From Rhodospirillaceae bacterium (GTDB lineage Bacteria > Pseudomonadota > Alphaproteobacteria > Rhodospirillales > Magnetospirillaceae): a DNA stretch of 64,000 bases. Shown here piece after piece: positions 17,693 through 26,428 of this stretch (positions are counted from its first letter, which is position 1; each line of letters opens with the position of its first letter). The position numbers and the translations under genes were made by a program. The stretch covers positions 7,010-71,009 of the forward strand of contig JAYFRE010000128.1 of NCBI GenBank assembly GCA_034926235.1, read 5' to 3'. The notes under the pieces were generated by a model. That model was not told the DNA's origin. It saw only the letters and a program-made list of their open reading frames with translations, and searched no databases.

Positions 17693-18772
17693 TTAGTTCT
17701 CGATACCTTCGGCGTACCAGTCCATTTTCAGCAGTTCGGTATCGGTCGGGATCTGGCCGGCGGCGATCCGGACCGTGCCCTTCTGGTCTTTGACCGGACC
17801 GGCGAAGGGGTGGTGGCTGCCGTCGATGATGCTGGCCTTGACCTTGTCGGCCGAAACGCGAACCGCTTCGGGCACGATGGGATTGTAGGGGGTGATGGCG
17901 ACCATGCCTTCCTTCAGACCCCACCAGGAATTGGTCGAACTCCAACCGCCATTCAGCGCCTTGCCGACGCGGTCGATATAATAGCCGCCCCATTCGTCGA
18001 TCGAGGCGGTCAGGTGCATCTTGGGCGCGAAGCGGGACATGTCGGTGCCGTGACCGAAGGTGTAGACCCCGCGCGCCTCGGCCACCTGCATGGGCGCGGC
18101 GCTGTCGGTGTGCTGGCAGATGACGTCCGCGCCCTTGTCGATCAGGGCCTTGGCAGCGTCGGCTTCCTTGCCCGGATCGTACCAGCTGTTGCACCACACC
18201 ACCTTGATGGTCAGGTCGGGCCGATGCTTGCGCGCGGCGATGATGAAGGCGTTCATGCCCATGATCACTTCCGGGATCGGGAAGGAGGCAACCCAGCCGA
18301 TCACGCCGGTCTTGGTCATCTGGCCGGCGATGTCGCCCAGCACGGCGCGGCCTTCATAGAAGCGCGCATTGTAGATGGCCAAATTCTTGGCTTGCTTGAA
18401 GCCGGTGGCGTGCTCGAACATCACGTTCGGGAACTGGCTCGCCACCTTGACGGTCGGGTTCATGAAGGAGAACGAGGTCGAAAAGATGAGCTTGTTGCCC
18501 GCGCTGGCCAACTGGCGGATGACCCGTTCGGCGTCGGTGGCGGTGACGTTTTCGACATAGCTGACCTTGACCTGGTCGCCATAGTGTTTTTCGACCTCCT
18601 TGCGGCCAAGATCATGGGCGTAGGTATAGCCGTGATCGCTGATCGGGCCGACATAGACGAAGCCGACGGGCAAGGGGCCGTTCGCCGCGAAAAGACGCTG
18701 GGGCAAAGCGAGCGTGGCAGCGGCGGCAGCGCTTCCGGTCAGGAAGGTCCGCCTGGAGAAGGTGCTGGTCAT
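17693..18772 (-). CDS. BMP family (basic membrane protein / nucleoside-type) ABC transporter substrate-binding protein
   Basis: Tat-like signal MTSTFSRRTFLTGSAAAAATLALP. BMP-family motifs VGFVYVGPISDHGYT and SWYDPGKEADAAKALIDKGADVI. Confidence 0.85.
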   Translation of the reverse strand: MTSTFSRRTFLTGSAAAAATLALPQRLFAANGPLPVGFVYVGPISDHGYTYAHDLGRKEVEKHYGDQVKVSYVENVTATDAERVIRQLASAGNKLIFSTSFSFMNPTVKVASQFPNVMFEHATGFKQAKNLAIYNARFYEGRAVLGDIAGQMTKTGVIGWVASFPIPEVIMGMNAFIIAARKHRPDLTIKVVWCNSWYDPGKEADAAKALIDKGADVICQHTDSAAPMQVAEARGVYTFGHGTDMSRFAPKMHLTASIDEWGGYYIDRVGKALNGGWSSTNSWWGLKEGMVAITPYNPIVPEAVRVSADKVKASIIDGSHHPFAGPVKDQKGTVRIAAGQIPTDTELLKMDWYAEGIEN

Positions 18773-18876
18773 TCTCTCGATCTCTCCTCGTGAGACGCAA
18801 AAGGGCGATGAAGACCCGCTAGATTACGGGAAAGCGGCCCGCCATCCAAAGCCTAGTCGGCGGATGTTCCCACTTT

Positions 18877-19758
18877 TCAGACGAAATGCGTACGGTTCAG
18901 GGCGACGATTTCCCGGATGAACTCGGCGACGGCGGTTACATGGCGGCTGGGCCGCAAATCTTCGTGGATCAAGGTCCAATAGCTGCGCATCAGGACATGA
19001 TCGGGCAGGACCGGCACCAGCTCGGGGTCGGGGCGGGCCATGAAGGTGTGCAGGATGCCGATGCCAGCGCCCGAACGGACGACCTCGTGCTGGCCGATCG
19101 CGGTCGAGACGGCGATGGCGCTGCGCCAGTCGCGGTGATAATCGCCGGTATAATCGAGCGCCGAGGAATAGAGCAGATCCTCGACATAACCGATCAGACG
19201 GTGCTGAAGCAGGTCGTCGAGTGACGCGGGCATGCCCCGCTCCTGGATATAAGATTTCGAGGCGTAAAGCCCCAGACTGTAGTCGGTCAGCTTGCGGGCC
19301 AGCAATTTTCCCTTGCGCGGTCTGCCGATGGTGATGGCGATGTCGGCTTCGCGGCGGGATAGGGAAAAGGTACGCGGCACCGGCACCAGCTCGATCGACA
19401 GGCCGGGGTGGCGTTTGACGATCTCACCGATGCGGGGAGCCAGGAAAACCGCCCCGAATCCATCAGGCGTCCCGATCCGGACCGTGCCGCTGATCGTGTT
19501 GCCGCTGGCGCGGGCGCTGTCATAGGCGGCCAGCATCGCGCTTTCCATCTGTTCGGCGTGGGGCAGGAATTCCCGCCCTTCCTCGGTCAGTTCGCACCCA
19601 TTGGTCCTGCGGGTGACCAGGCGCGTGCCCAGCGCCTTTTCGAGCGCGTCGAGCCGGCGGGCGACCGTGGCGTGATTGAGCCCCAGCCCGTGCGCCGCTC
19701 CTAGGATCTGGCCGTGACGCACGACGGCCAGGAACATCCGGATATCGTTCCAATTCAT
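18877..19758 (-). CDS. LysR family transcriptional regulator (divergent from mmsA)
   Basis: N-terminal HTH MNWNDIRMFLAVVRHGQILGAAHGLGLNHATVARRLDALE and a LysR substrate-binding domain length (293 aa). Confidence 0.85.
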   Translation of the reverse strand: MNWNDIRMFLAVVRHGQILGAAHGLGLNHATVARRLDALEKALGTRLVTRRTNGCELTEEGREFLPHAEQMESAMLAAYDSARASGNTISGTVRIGTPDGFGAVFLAPRIGEIVKRHPGLSIELVPVPRTFSLSRREADIAITIGRPRKGKLLARKLTDYSLGLYASKSYIQERGMPASLDDLLQHRLIGYVEDLLYSSALDYTGDYHRDWRSAIAVSTAIGQHEVVRSGAGIGILHTFMARPDPELVPVLPDHVLMRSYWTLIHEDLRPSRHVTAVAEFIREIVALNRTHFV

Positions 19759-19870
19759 GTCGATCTACGATTCCTGCACAACGGGTCCGGAATTATGAGA
19801 ATTGTATCTTCATAAATACACATTCACCCTACGTCATCGTCATCAACAACGCCACGCGATTGGAGAAAAG

Positions 19871-21367
19871 ATGCGTACGATCGGACATTTCATTTGCGGT
19901 TGCGAAACCACAGGCCAGTCCACCAATTTTTCGGATGTCTACAACCCTGCGACCGGCGAGGTTCAGGCGCGGCTTGCCCTGGCCAGTCCGGCCGATCTGG
20001 ACGCCGCCGTGAAAGCGGCGAAAGCCGCCCAGCCGGCATGGGCCGCGACCAATCCGCAGCGGCGCGCCCGTGTGTTCTTCAAGCTTGTCGAACTGCTCAA
20101 CCGCGATCTGACGCCGCTTGCCCAGTTGATGAGCAGCGAGCATGGCAAGACGGTCGAAGATTCCAAGGGCGACATCCAGCGCGGCTTGGAAATGGCCGAA
20201 TTCATCGCCAGCACGCCCCACCTTCTGAAGGGCGAGTTCACCGACGGCGCGGGCCCCGGCATCGACATGTATTCGATGCGTCAGCCGGTGGGCGTCGGTG
20301 CGGGCATCACGCCGTTCAATTTCCCGGCGATGATTCCGCTGTGGATGCTGGTGCCGGCGATCGCGGCGGGCAATTCCTTCATCTTGAAGCCGTCCGAACG
20401 GACCCCCAGCCTGGCGGTCAAGATCGCCCTATTGATGAAGGAAGCGGGCCTGCCGGACGGCGTGTTGAGCGTTGTCCATGGCGGCAAGGAAACGGTGGAC
20501 GGAATCATCGCGCATCCCGGTATCGACGCCGTGTCCTTTGTCGGCTCGACCCCGGTGGCGCGCTACATCTACGAAAAGGGCGCGGCGCAGGGCAAGCGCG
20601 TCCAGGCCCTGGGCGGGGCCAAGAACCATATGATCATCATGCCGGACGCGGATATCGCCAAGGCGGCGGACGCGATCATGGGCGGCGCTTATGGCTCCGC
20701 CGGCGAACGTTGCATGGCGGTTTCGGTGGCGGTGCCGGTGGGCGACAAGACGGCTGAGGCGGTCATCGCCGCGGTCAAGGAGCGCATCGCCAAGCTCAAG
20801 ATCGGCCCCTACAACGACGCTTCCTCGGAAATGGGTCCGGTGATCGCCAAAGCCGCTCAGGACCGCATCAACGGTCTGATCGACAAGGGTGTCGCCGAAG
20901 GCGCCAAGCTTCTGGTCGATGGCCGGAACTGCGTCGTGAAGGGCTATGAAAAAGGCTTCTTTGTCGGTCCGACCCTGTTCGACCGGGTGACGACCGAGAT
21001 GAGCATCTACCGCGAGGAAATCTTCGGCCCGGTGCTGTCCGTGGTGCGGGCCCAGAATTACGAAGAAGCGCTGTCCCTGCCGATGAAGAGTCCCTTCGGC
21101 AACGGCGTGTCGATCTTTACCCGGGACGGCGATACCGCCCGTGATTTCACCAGCCGGATCAATGTCGGCATGGTGGGAATCAATGTGCCGGTGCCTGCGC
21201 CGCTGGCTTACTACACCTTTGGCGGCTGGAAGGCGTCGGCCTTCGGCGATCTGGCCGACCAGGGGATGGATTCGGTCCGTTTCTGGACGCGCAACAAGAC
21301 GGTTACCGCCCGTTGGTTCTCTGGGATCAAGGAAGGTGCCGAATTCCAGATGCCCACCATGAAATAA
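19871..21367 (+). CDS. mmsA: CoA-acylating methylmalonate-/malonate-semialdehyde dehydrogenase
   Basis: 498 aa from the ATG at 19871. It has ALDH motifs (FPAMIPLWM, KPSERTP, GERCMA catalytic Cys) and the MmsA-typical C-terminus (FYTFGGWKASAFGD...RFWTRNKTVTARW). Confidence 0.9.
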   Translation: MRTIGHFICGCETTGQSTNFSDVYNPATGEVQARLALASPADLDAAVKAAKAAQPAWAATNPQRRARVFFKLVELLNRDLTPLAQLMSSEHGKTVEDSKGDIQRGLEMAEFIASTPHLLKGEFTDGAGPGIDMYSMRQPVGVGAGITPFNFPAMIPLWMLVPAIAAGNSFILKPSERTPSLAVKIALLMKEAGLPDGVLSVVHGGKETVDGIIAHPGIDAVSFVGSTPVARYIYEKGAAQGKRVQALGGAKNHMIIMPDADIAKAADAIMGGAYGSAGERCMAVSVAVPVGDKTAEAVIAAVKERIAKLKIGPYNDASSEMGPVIAKAAQDRINGLIDKGVAEGAKLLVDGRNCVVKGYEKGFFVGPTLFDRVTTEMSIYREEIFGPVLSVVRAQNYEEALSLPMKSPFGNGVSIFTRDGDTARDFTSRINVGMVGINVPVPAPLAYYTFGGWKASAFGDLADQGMDSVRFWTRNKTVTARWFSGIKEGAEFQMPTMK

Positions 21368-21391
21368 AAAAGGACCGGAGGTCACGACGCC

Positions 21392-21432
21392 GCCCCGTCC
21401 CGGCAGGGACATAGAATGCCGGGACGGGGCGG
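21392..21432 (+). terminator. 15-bp perfect hairpin downstream of mmsA (terminator or RNA-stabilising stem; no T-tract)
   Basis: CGCCCCGTCCCGGCA (21392-21406) pairs with TGCCGGGACGGGGCG (21418-21432) across an 11-nt loop. Confidence 0.4.
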
Positions 21433-21499
21433 GACCGGCTTTGCCTACAACGATAAGAAAAATCCTGAAATTTTAATTTAATTTGAGGAGGATTGCGTA

Positions 21500-22666
21500 A
21501 TGGCGGCCATATCGAACATTTTTCTACCAAGAAATCTTAGAGTTGGAGGGGGATCGTCCCGTCAGCTCGCCGAGATACTTTCTGAATTCAATCTTAAACA
21601 TCCTTTGATCGTTACTGATTCGTTTCTTGTAAAAAGTGGGATGCTGGCGCCGATTGAAGACTCTCTTGCCAGCGCCGGCGTTGCCTTTCGTGTTTTTTCA
21701 GGGACTGTTCCCGACCCGACCGTGGCCTCGGTCAAGGCCGGCTTGGCTTTCCTGAAGGAGGCGGACCATGATTGCGTCGTCGGCATCGGCGGCGGAAGCC
21801 CGATGGACACCGCCAAGGCGTTGGCCATATTGGCCGTGTATGGCGGCGAGATGGCCGATTACAAGATCCCTCATCTTCAGACACGGCCCGGACTACCTAT
21901 CATCGCCATTCCAACCACGGCCGGCACCGGTTCGGAGGCCACGCGGGTGACGATCATCACCAACGAGGTCACCGATGAGAAGATGCTGTGCATGGGGCCG
22001 GCTTATCAGCCCTTGGCGGCGCTGATCGATTATGAGCTGACCTTGGGCGCGCCCCGCCGTCTGACCGCCGACACCGGGCTGGACGCGTTGACCCACGCCA
22101 TCGAAGCCTATGTCAGCCAGCGGGCCAATCCCTTTGCGGATGGCATGGCGCTGGCGGCGATGAAGGCGATCTGGGCCAATCTGCCGACCGTTTGCGCCGA
22201 TCCGGGGAACCGGCCGGCGCGGGAAGCGATGATGCTGGGTTCGACCCAGGCCGGCATAGCCTTCTCGAACAGCTCGGTGGCCATGGTCCACGGTATGAGC
22301 CGGCCGATCGGCGCGTTCTTCCATGTCGCGCATGGTCTGTCCAACGCGATGCTGTTGCCGGCAGTGACGGCCTTCTCGGTTTCAGCCGCTTCGGCCCGTT
22401 ATGCCGATTGCGCGCGCGCCATGGGCGTGGCGGCCATTCTGGATGGCGACGATACGGCTTGCGCCAAGCTGGTCGTTGCGCTGGAGAAGATTACGCGAGA
22501 TCTCGATGTGCCGTCGCCCAAGGTCTATGGCATCGACGAGAAGCGTTGGTTTGAAGTTCTGGACGTCATGGCCGAGCAAGCTTTGGCTTCAGGATCGCCG
22601 GGGAATAATCCAAGGGTTCCATCGGCGCGCGAAATAAGAGATATTTACATCCAGGTCTGGAAGTAG
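21500..22666 (+). CDS. Iron-containing (group III) alcohol dehydrogenase
   Basis: Fe-ADH motifs are present: GIGGGSPMDTAKA, IAIPTTAGTGSE, and histidines in DALTHAIEAY and VAMVHGMSRPIGAFFHVAHG. RBS GAGGAGG lies 8 nt upstream. Confidence 0.85.
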   Translation: MAAISNIFLPRNLRVGGGSSRQLAEILSEFNLKHPLIVTDSFLVKSGMLAPIEDSLASAGVAFRVFSGTVPDPTVASVKAGLAFLKEADHDCVVGIGGGSPMDTAKALAILAVYGGEMADYKIPHLQTRPGLPIIAIPTTAGTGSEATRVTIITNEVTDEKMLCMGPAYQPLAALIDYELTLGAPRRLTADTGLDALTHAIEAYVSQRANPFADGMALAAMKAIWANLPTVCADPGNRPAREAMMLGSTQAGIAFSNSSVAMVHGMSRPIGAFFHVAHGLSNAMLLPAVTAFSVSAASARYADCARAMGVAAILDGDDTACAKLVVALEKITRDLDVPSPKVYGIDEKRWFEVLDVMAEQALASGSPGNNPRVPSAREIRDIYIQVWK

Positions 22667-22712
22667 GGGGTGGAAGAGAACAGCTCCATTCCCTTTTGAA
22701 GACTTCCAACTA

Positions 22713-22749
22713 GGTCTGCCGGGCGTGGGGGTCTACACGCCCGGCGACC
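22713..22749 (+). terminator. GC-rich hairpin 47 nt after the adh stop (possible terminator, no T-tract)
   Basis: GCCGGGCGTG (22718-22727) pairs with CACGCCCGGC (22736-22745). An outer GGTC/GACC pairing extends the stem. Confidence 0.35.
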
Positions 22750-22988
22750 GTCGGAAACATCCCGAAGATTGATGAAATCTTGGAAAACAGCGGACGACGC
22801 GTGGTGTTCGTTGGTTTTTGCGCGTCCGGGGAATCGGTGAAACTCCAGGCCGGAATGATGCGCACATCCTTAAAATAGCCTGGGAGGCAGATTGGAAGGA
22901 CGTTCCGCATCCGGTGGGTGGTCCGGGTCTTGGCGGCGTCCTGATGCCCGGCTATGTGGAGAATATAAAGAATTTTTCCAAAAAAGGC

Positions 22989-23016
22989 GATGAATGTACG
23001 GAAACGTACATTTGTT
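22989..23016. other. Perfect 8-bp palindrome closed by GAAA, extendable with G-U pairs
   Basis: AATGTACG GAAA CGTACATT at 22993-23012. The flanks gatg/tgtt add wobble pairs. It lies in an AT-rich patch of the gene-free spacer. Confidence 0.6.
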
Positions 23017-23103
23017 CTAATATAAACTTCATATAATTTGCTCTAAACCGGAAAGATATTCCATATAAACCTGGTTTATGCCGCCAATAAGGAAATTAAT
23101 TCG

Positions 23104-23129
23104 CCATTTTTGGCGATACCATTTTTGGC
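23104..23129. repeat. Tandem direct repeat CCATTTTTGGC (two copies, 15-nt period)
   Basis: CCATTTTTGGC at 23104-23114 and again at 23119-23129, separated by GATA. Confidence 0.85.
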
Positions 23130-23752
23130 ATGAGCAAGATCGCGCAGAGTCCATTCCCTTTCTTTCTTCCGGCAGCAGGCGCTGCACGGGAGATCGGGAA
23201 TGGCTGTCCTGCCGCGGCTGGATGGCGATGACGGCCTGAACCGGCCTTCCGTTGCTTTTCAAAGGGCCGATGGCCCGACGCGGCGGAAAACAAGGGCGCG
23301 CGGTTTGCTCCTGCCAGGGGGATGTCTCGCGCGCGGTTTCACCGCGGCCCGCTTTTCCTCTGGATCGGTCACTCTGTCGGTCACGGCGTTATCGCCGGGA
23401 GGAATGGATGTTTGGAGTCCTTGCCGCCGACCTATGCAGGAACAATCTCCTGCATTTCGCCCTTTGTCCGGAGGATGTTTCATCCCGATCCCCGGAACAT
23501 GGCGATCGCTTGAAATCTTTCCCGATCGGTTCTGCCGTCATCGGCGGCCGCGCGCATCACGCCTTGGCCGTTCCCAATCATGACGTGCCCAGGAAACCGT
23601 GTCCGGCCTTGGTGAGAAAGGGGTGCGGGAAGGCCTGAGTCCGGCCTCTTTTCCGGATTGAAACGGAAAAGAAAGGGCCGCTCCTCTCTATATAAGTAAT
23701 AAATTATTTGTCGCCAGTATTTTTTAGGCGATGGGAAGACTCGTATTTGTTT

Positions 23753-23782
23753 TTGAATAAAAATAAGAATAAAAAATAGAAT
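23753..23782 (+). promoter_or_regulatory. Candidate sigma-70 promoter of the leucine dehydrogenase gene
   Basis: TTGAAT (23753-23758), an 18-nt A-rich spacer, then TAGAAT (23777-23782). It sits in a very AT-rich stretch about 40 nt upstream of the AGGAGG RBS. Confidence 0.3.
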
Positions 23783-23822
23783 TTGAGGGTTTATACAAAT
23801 ATTTTTATGTAGGAGGTTGTTT

Positions 23823-24863
23823 ATGTTTGTTATGAAAGAAATCGATTCCTATGGGCATGAGAATTTGTTATTCGCCCATGATGAAAAGACTGGTCTGAAG
23901 GCAATCATCGCCGTTCATGACACCACCCTGGGGCCGGCTCTCGGCGGCACGCGGTTCTGGAATTACGCCGACGAAGAAGAAGCTCTTTATGACGTGCTGC
24001 GCCTGTCCCGCGGCATGAGCCTGAAGAATGCCGGGGCCGGCCTGAAGATGGGAGGCGGCAAGGCCGTCATCATCGGGGATCCGAAGAAACTGCGCAGCCA
24101 GGAATTTTTCAACGCCTATGGGCGATTTGTCGATCGGCTGTCCGGTTGCTATTACACGGCAGAAGACGTAAATACGACCACCCAAGACATGGTCTGGATC
24201 AGCGAGAGCACGAAATATGTTACGGGCCTGCCCGGCAAAAGCGGCAATCCTTCGCCCTTCACTGCCTATGGGACCTACATGTCGATGAAGGCGGGCGCGA
24301 AGGAAGCCTTCGGTTCGGATTCCCTAGAAGGAAAAGTCGTTGCCATTCAAGGTCTTGGCAATGTCGGATACGGAATCGCCAGGCATGTGCATGACGAAGG
24401 CGGCGTTTTGAAGGTGTTCGACATCAACGGGGAAGCCGTGAACCGGGCGGTCGAGGAGCTCGGCGCGACCGCCGTGCCGGGCGACCAGATTCTATCGACC
24501 AAATGCGACATCCTGTCCCCTTGCGCTTTGGGCGCCGTCTTCGACACGGAAAATCTGAAGAAGGTCAAAGCCAAGGTCATTTGCGGATGCGCGAACAACC
24601 AGCTGGTCGATAACGCCGCCGGCGACCTGATCGACCGCCTGGGCATCGTCTACTGCCCCGACTATATCGCCAATGCGGGCGGCGTCATCAATTGCGCGGC
24701 AGAGGTCGAAGGCGGGTATGACGAGGAAAAAGTGAAGGATAAGGTCCGGCACATCTACGACGCCACCGAGATGATTTTCAATATGGCGAGAGAGCGAAAA
24801 ATCCCGACCTACAAAGCAGCCGATGAATATGCATACAGCATAATCAAGTCTGCGAAGCACTAA
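23823..24863 (+). CDS. Leucine dehydrogenase (Glu/Leu/Phe/Val dehydrogenase family)
   Basis: GLKAIIAVHDTTLGPALGGTRFW...LRLSRGMSLKNAGAGLKMGGGKAVIIGDP reads almost like the Bacillus LeuDH N-terminus as I recall it. A Rossmann motif GLGNVG is present. The ATG at 23823 lies 6 nt after AGGAGG. Confidence 0.85.
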   Translation: MFVMKEIDSYGHENLLFAHDEKTGLKAIIAVHDTTLGPALGGTRFWNYADEEEALYDVLRLSRGMSLKNAGAGLKMGGGKAVIIGDPKKLRSQEFFNAYGRFVDRLSGCYYTAEDVNTTTQDMVWISESTKYVTGLPGKSGNPSPFTAYGTYMSMKAGAKEAFGSDSLEGKVVAIQGLGNVGYGIARHVHDEGGVLKVFDINGEAVNRAVEELGATAVPGDQILSTKCDILSPCALGAVFDTENLKKVKAKVICGCANNQLVDNAAGDLIDRLGIVYCPDYIANAGGVINCAAEVEGGYDEEKVKDKVRHIYDATEMIFNMARERKIPTYKAADEYAYSIIKSAKH

Positions 24864-24872
24864 AACCACATC

Positions 24873-24907
24873 AGGCTTGGCCAGAAATATCTGGCCAAGC
24901 CTTTGTT
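24873..24907 (+). terminator. Strong rho-independent terminator after the leucine dehydrogenase gene
   Basis: 13-bp perfect stem AGGCTTGGCCAGA (24873-24885), loop AATA, TCTGGCCAAGCCT (24890-24902), then TTGTT. Confidence 0.7.
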
Positions 24908-25036
24908 ATCAATAATTCAACCATGATGTATATCCAGTATTCTTCGTTTTTAAATGAGTGGCGGGGAATATGATTAATTCAAATGTTTTTATAAGAATGG
25001 ATATGCGAGGTAGATTTATGACTAAGGAGATTAGTC

Positions 25037-26362
25037 ATGAGAAAACTGATTCTAGACTCTCTCGTCGTCGGAATGGCTCTCTTCGCGATGTTCTTCGGGG
25101 CCGGAAACATTATTTTTCCGCCTTATATCGGGCTTGGGGCCGGCGCGGACTGGTATGTGGGCTTTCTTGGCTATTTCATTTCCGATATTGGCCTCGCCGT
25201 GCTCACCATCTTTGCCATTTTGCGCTCGGACAGCGTGTCGCGGAACGAGGGCTTGATGTATCGCCTTGGCGGCGTTCCAGCGACGCTGATGATGGGAGCC
25301 ATCGTTTTATGCATCGGGCCGCTTCTGGCCGTGCCCAGAACGGCGGCCACCGCTTTTCAGATCGGCATGGCTCCCTATACCGGGGATGGCAGGATGGCTT
25401 CGGCGGTGTTCACGGCCGTCTTTTTTCTGGTCGTCCTGGCCTTTTCGATCCGGGAATCGAAGATGGTGGACATCGTTGGCAAATATTTGACCCCCATAAA
25501 ATTTTTCGGCCTTCTGCTGATTATCGGCGGCGGAATCCTCTTCCCCATCGGTCCGATCAACCCGGTGTCCAGAATCGAGAACGTTCCACTTACTGGCGTT
25601 ATCGCCGGCTATCAGACGATGGACGTCCTGGCCGCCTTGATGTTCGGGGTCATCATCGTCAGGGCGCTTAAGGCCAAGGGGCATGACAGCCCGAAAGCGA
25701 TGACGCTTTCGGTGGTTCTGGCCAGCATCATCGCTTCGGTTCTGCTGCTGATCGTTTATGCCGGGCTTTGTTATCTGGGGGCGACGGCGTCCACTCTCTA
25801 TCCCATGGATGTGGATCGGGGCCATCTGGTCGTTCTCATCACACAGGGCATTTTTGGGGCGCACAGCGTCATACTGTTGGGCGTCATCGTCTCGGTGTCT
25901 TGCCTGGCGACGGCCATTGCGCTGTGCAGTACGACCGGCTCGTTCTTTTCCCGGCTCAGCAAGGGCCGGCTTTCCTACAATATGGTCGTGGTCGCCGTCT
26001 GCGTGTTCAGCGCGGTGGTCGCCAATTTCGGCCTGACGTCGATCATCAATTTCGCTGTCCCGATTCTGACCGTGATTTATCCGGGAGCCTTGGTTGTTGT
26101 CGCCATGACGTTCTTGGACCGGCATGTGTATAACGACAATATCGTCAAATTTGCTGCCGCCGGGGCCATGCTGGTCAGCCTGTTGGAGGTTCTGAACGGC
26201 TTCGGGGCTCCTTTCGGCTTTGTCCAAGGACTTCCCTTCAGCAGCCTTGGTTTCGGCTGGGTCATCCCCGCCATTCTGTGCGCCAATCTTGGAATTTTTG
26301 TAAAGCCGCGCTGCCCCGGCGCGGCTGAACTCCGGGAAACCACGTTGAGCGCTAATTCATAG
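25037..26362 (+). CDS. brnQ: Branched-chain amino acid transport system II carrier (LIVCS family)
   Basis: 441 aa with about 12 TM segments. The N-terminal motif GMALFAMFFGAGNIIFPPYIGLGAG is the BrnQ signature. RBS AAGGAG is upstream. Confidence 0.9.
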   Translation: MRKLILDSLVVGMALFAMFFGAGNIIFPPYIGLGAGADWYVGFLGYFISDIGLAVLTIFAILRSDSVSRNEGLMYRLGGVPATLMMGAIVLCIGPLLAVPRTAATAFQIGMAPYTGDGRMASAVFTAVFFLVVLAFSIRESKMVDIVGKYLTPIKFFGLLLIIGGGILFPIGPINPVSRIENVPLTGVIAGYQTMDVLAALMFGVIIVRALKAKGHDSPKAMTLSVVLASIIASVLLLIVYAGLCYLGATASTLYPMDVDRGHLVVLITQGIFGAHSVILLGVIVSVSCLATAIALCSTTGSFFSRLSKGRLSYNMVVVAVCVFSAVVANFGLTSIINFAVPILTVIYPGALVVVAMTFLDRHVYNDNIVKFAAAGAMLVSLLEVLNGFGAPFGFVQGLPFSSLGFGWVIPAILCANLGIFVKPRCPGAAELRETTLSANS

Positions 26363-26386
26363 CGCGCATCCATAGGAAAAGAGGCG

Positions 26387-26418
26387 CGGACGGAAGGATG
26401 CCGTCCGTGCCCCTTTTC
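26387..26418. terminator. Hairpin between the convergent brnQ and ABC permease genes
   Basis: CGGACGG (26387-26393), loop AAGGATG, CCGTCCG (26401-26407), followed by TGCCCCTTTTCGG. Confidence 0.4.
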
Positions 26419-26428
26419 GGATCATCTT

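Noticed and set aside
23124-23142. Sigma-54 promoter-like TGGCAT…
   Set aside because: The GG and GC dinucleotides are not at the required GG-N10-GC spacing, and no TTGC element follows.
22818-23638. Short ORFs (63-128 aa) inside the adh-ldh spacer as real small proteins or a decayed regulator
   Set aside because: The translations are Arg/Pro/Gly/Cys-rich with no HTH or other motif I recognise. They overlap each other in several frames and lack ribosome-binding sites. A BLASTX check is still recommended (see finding).
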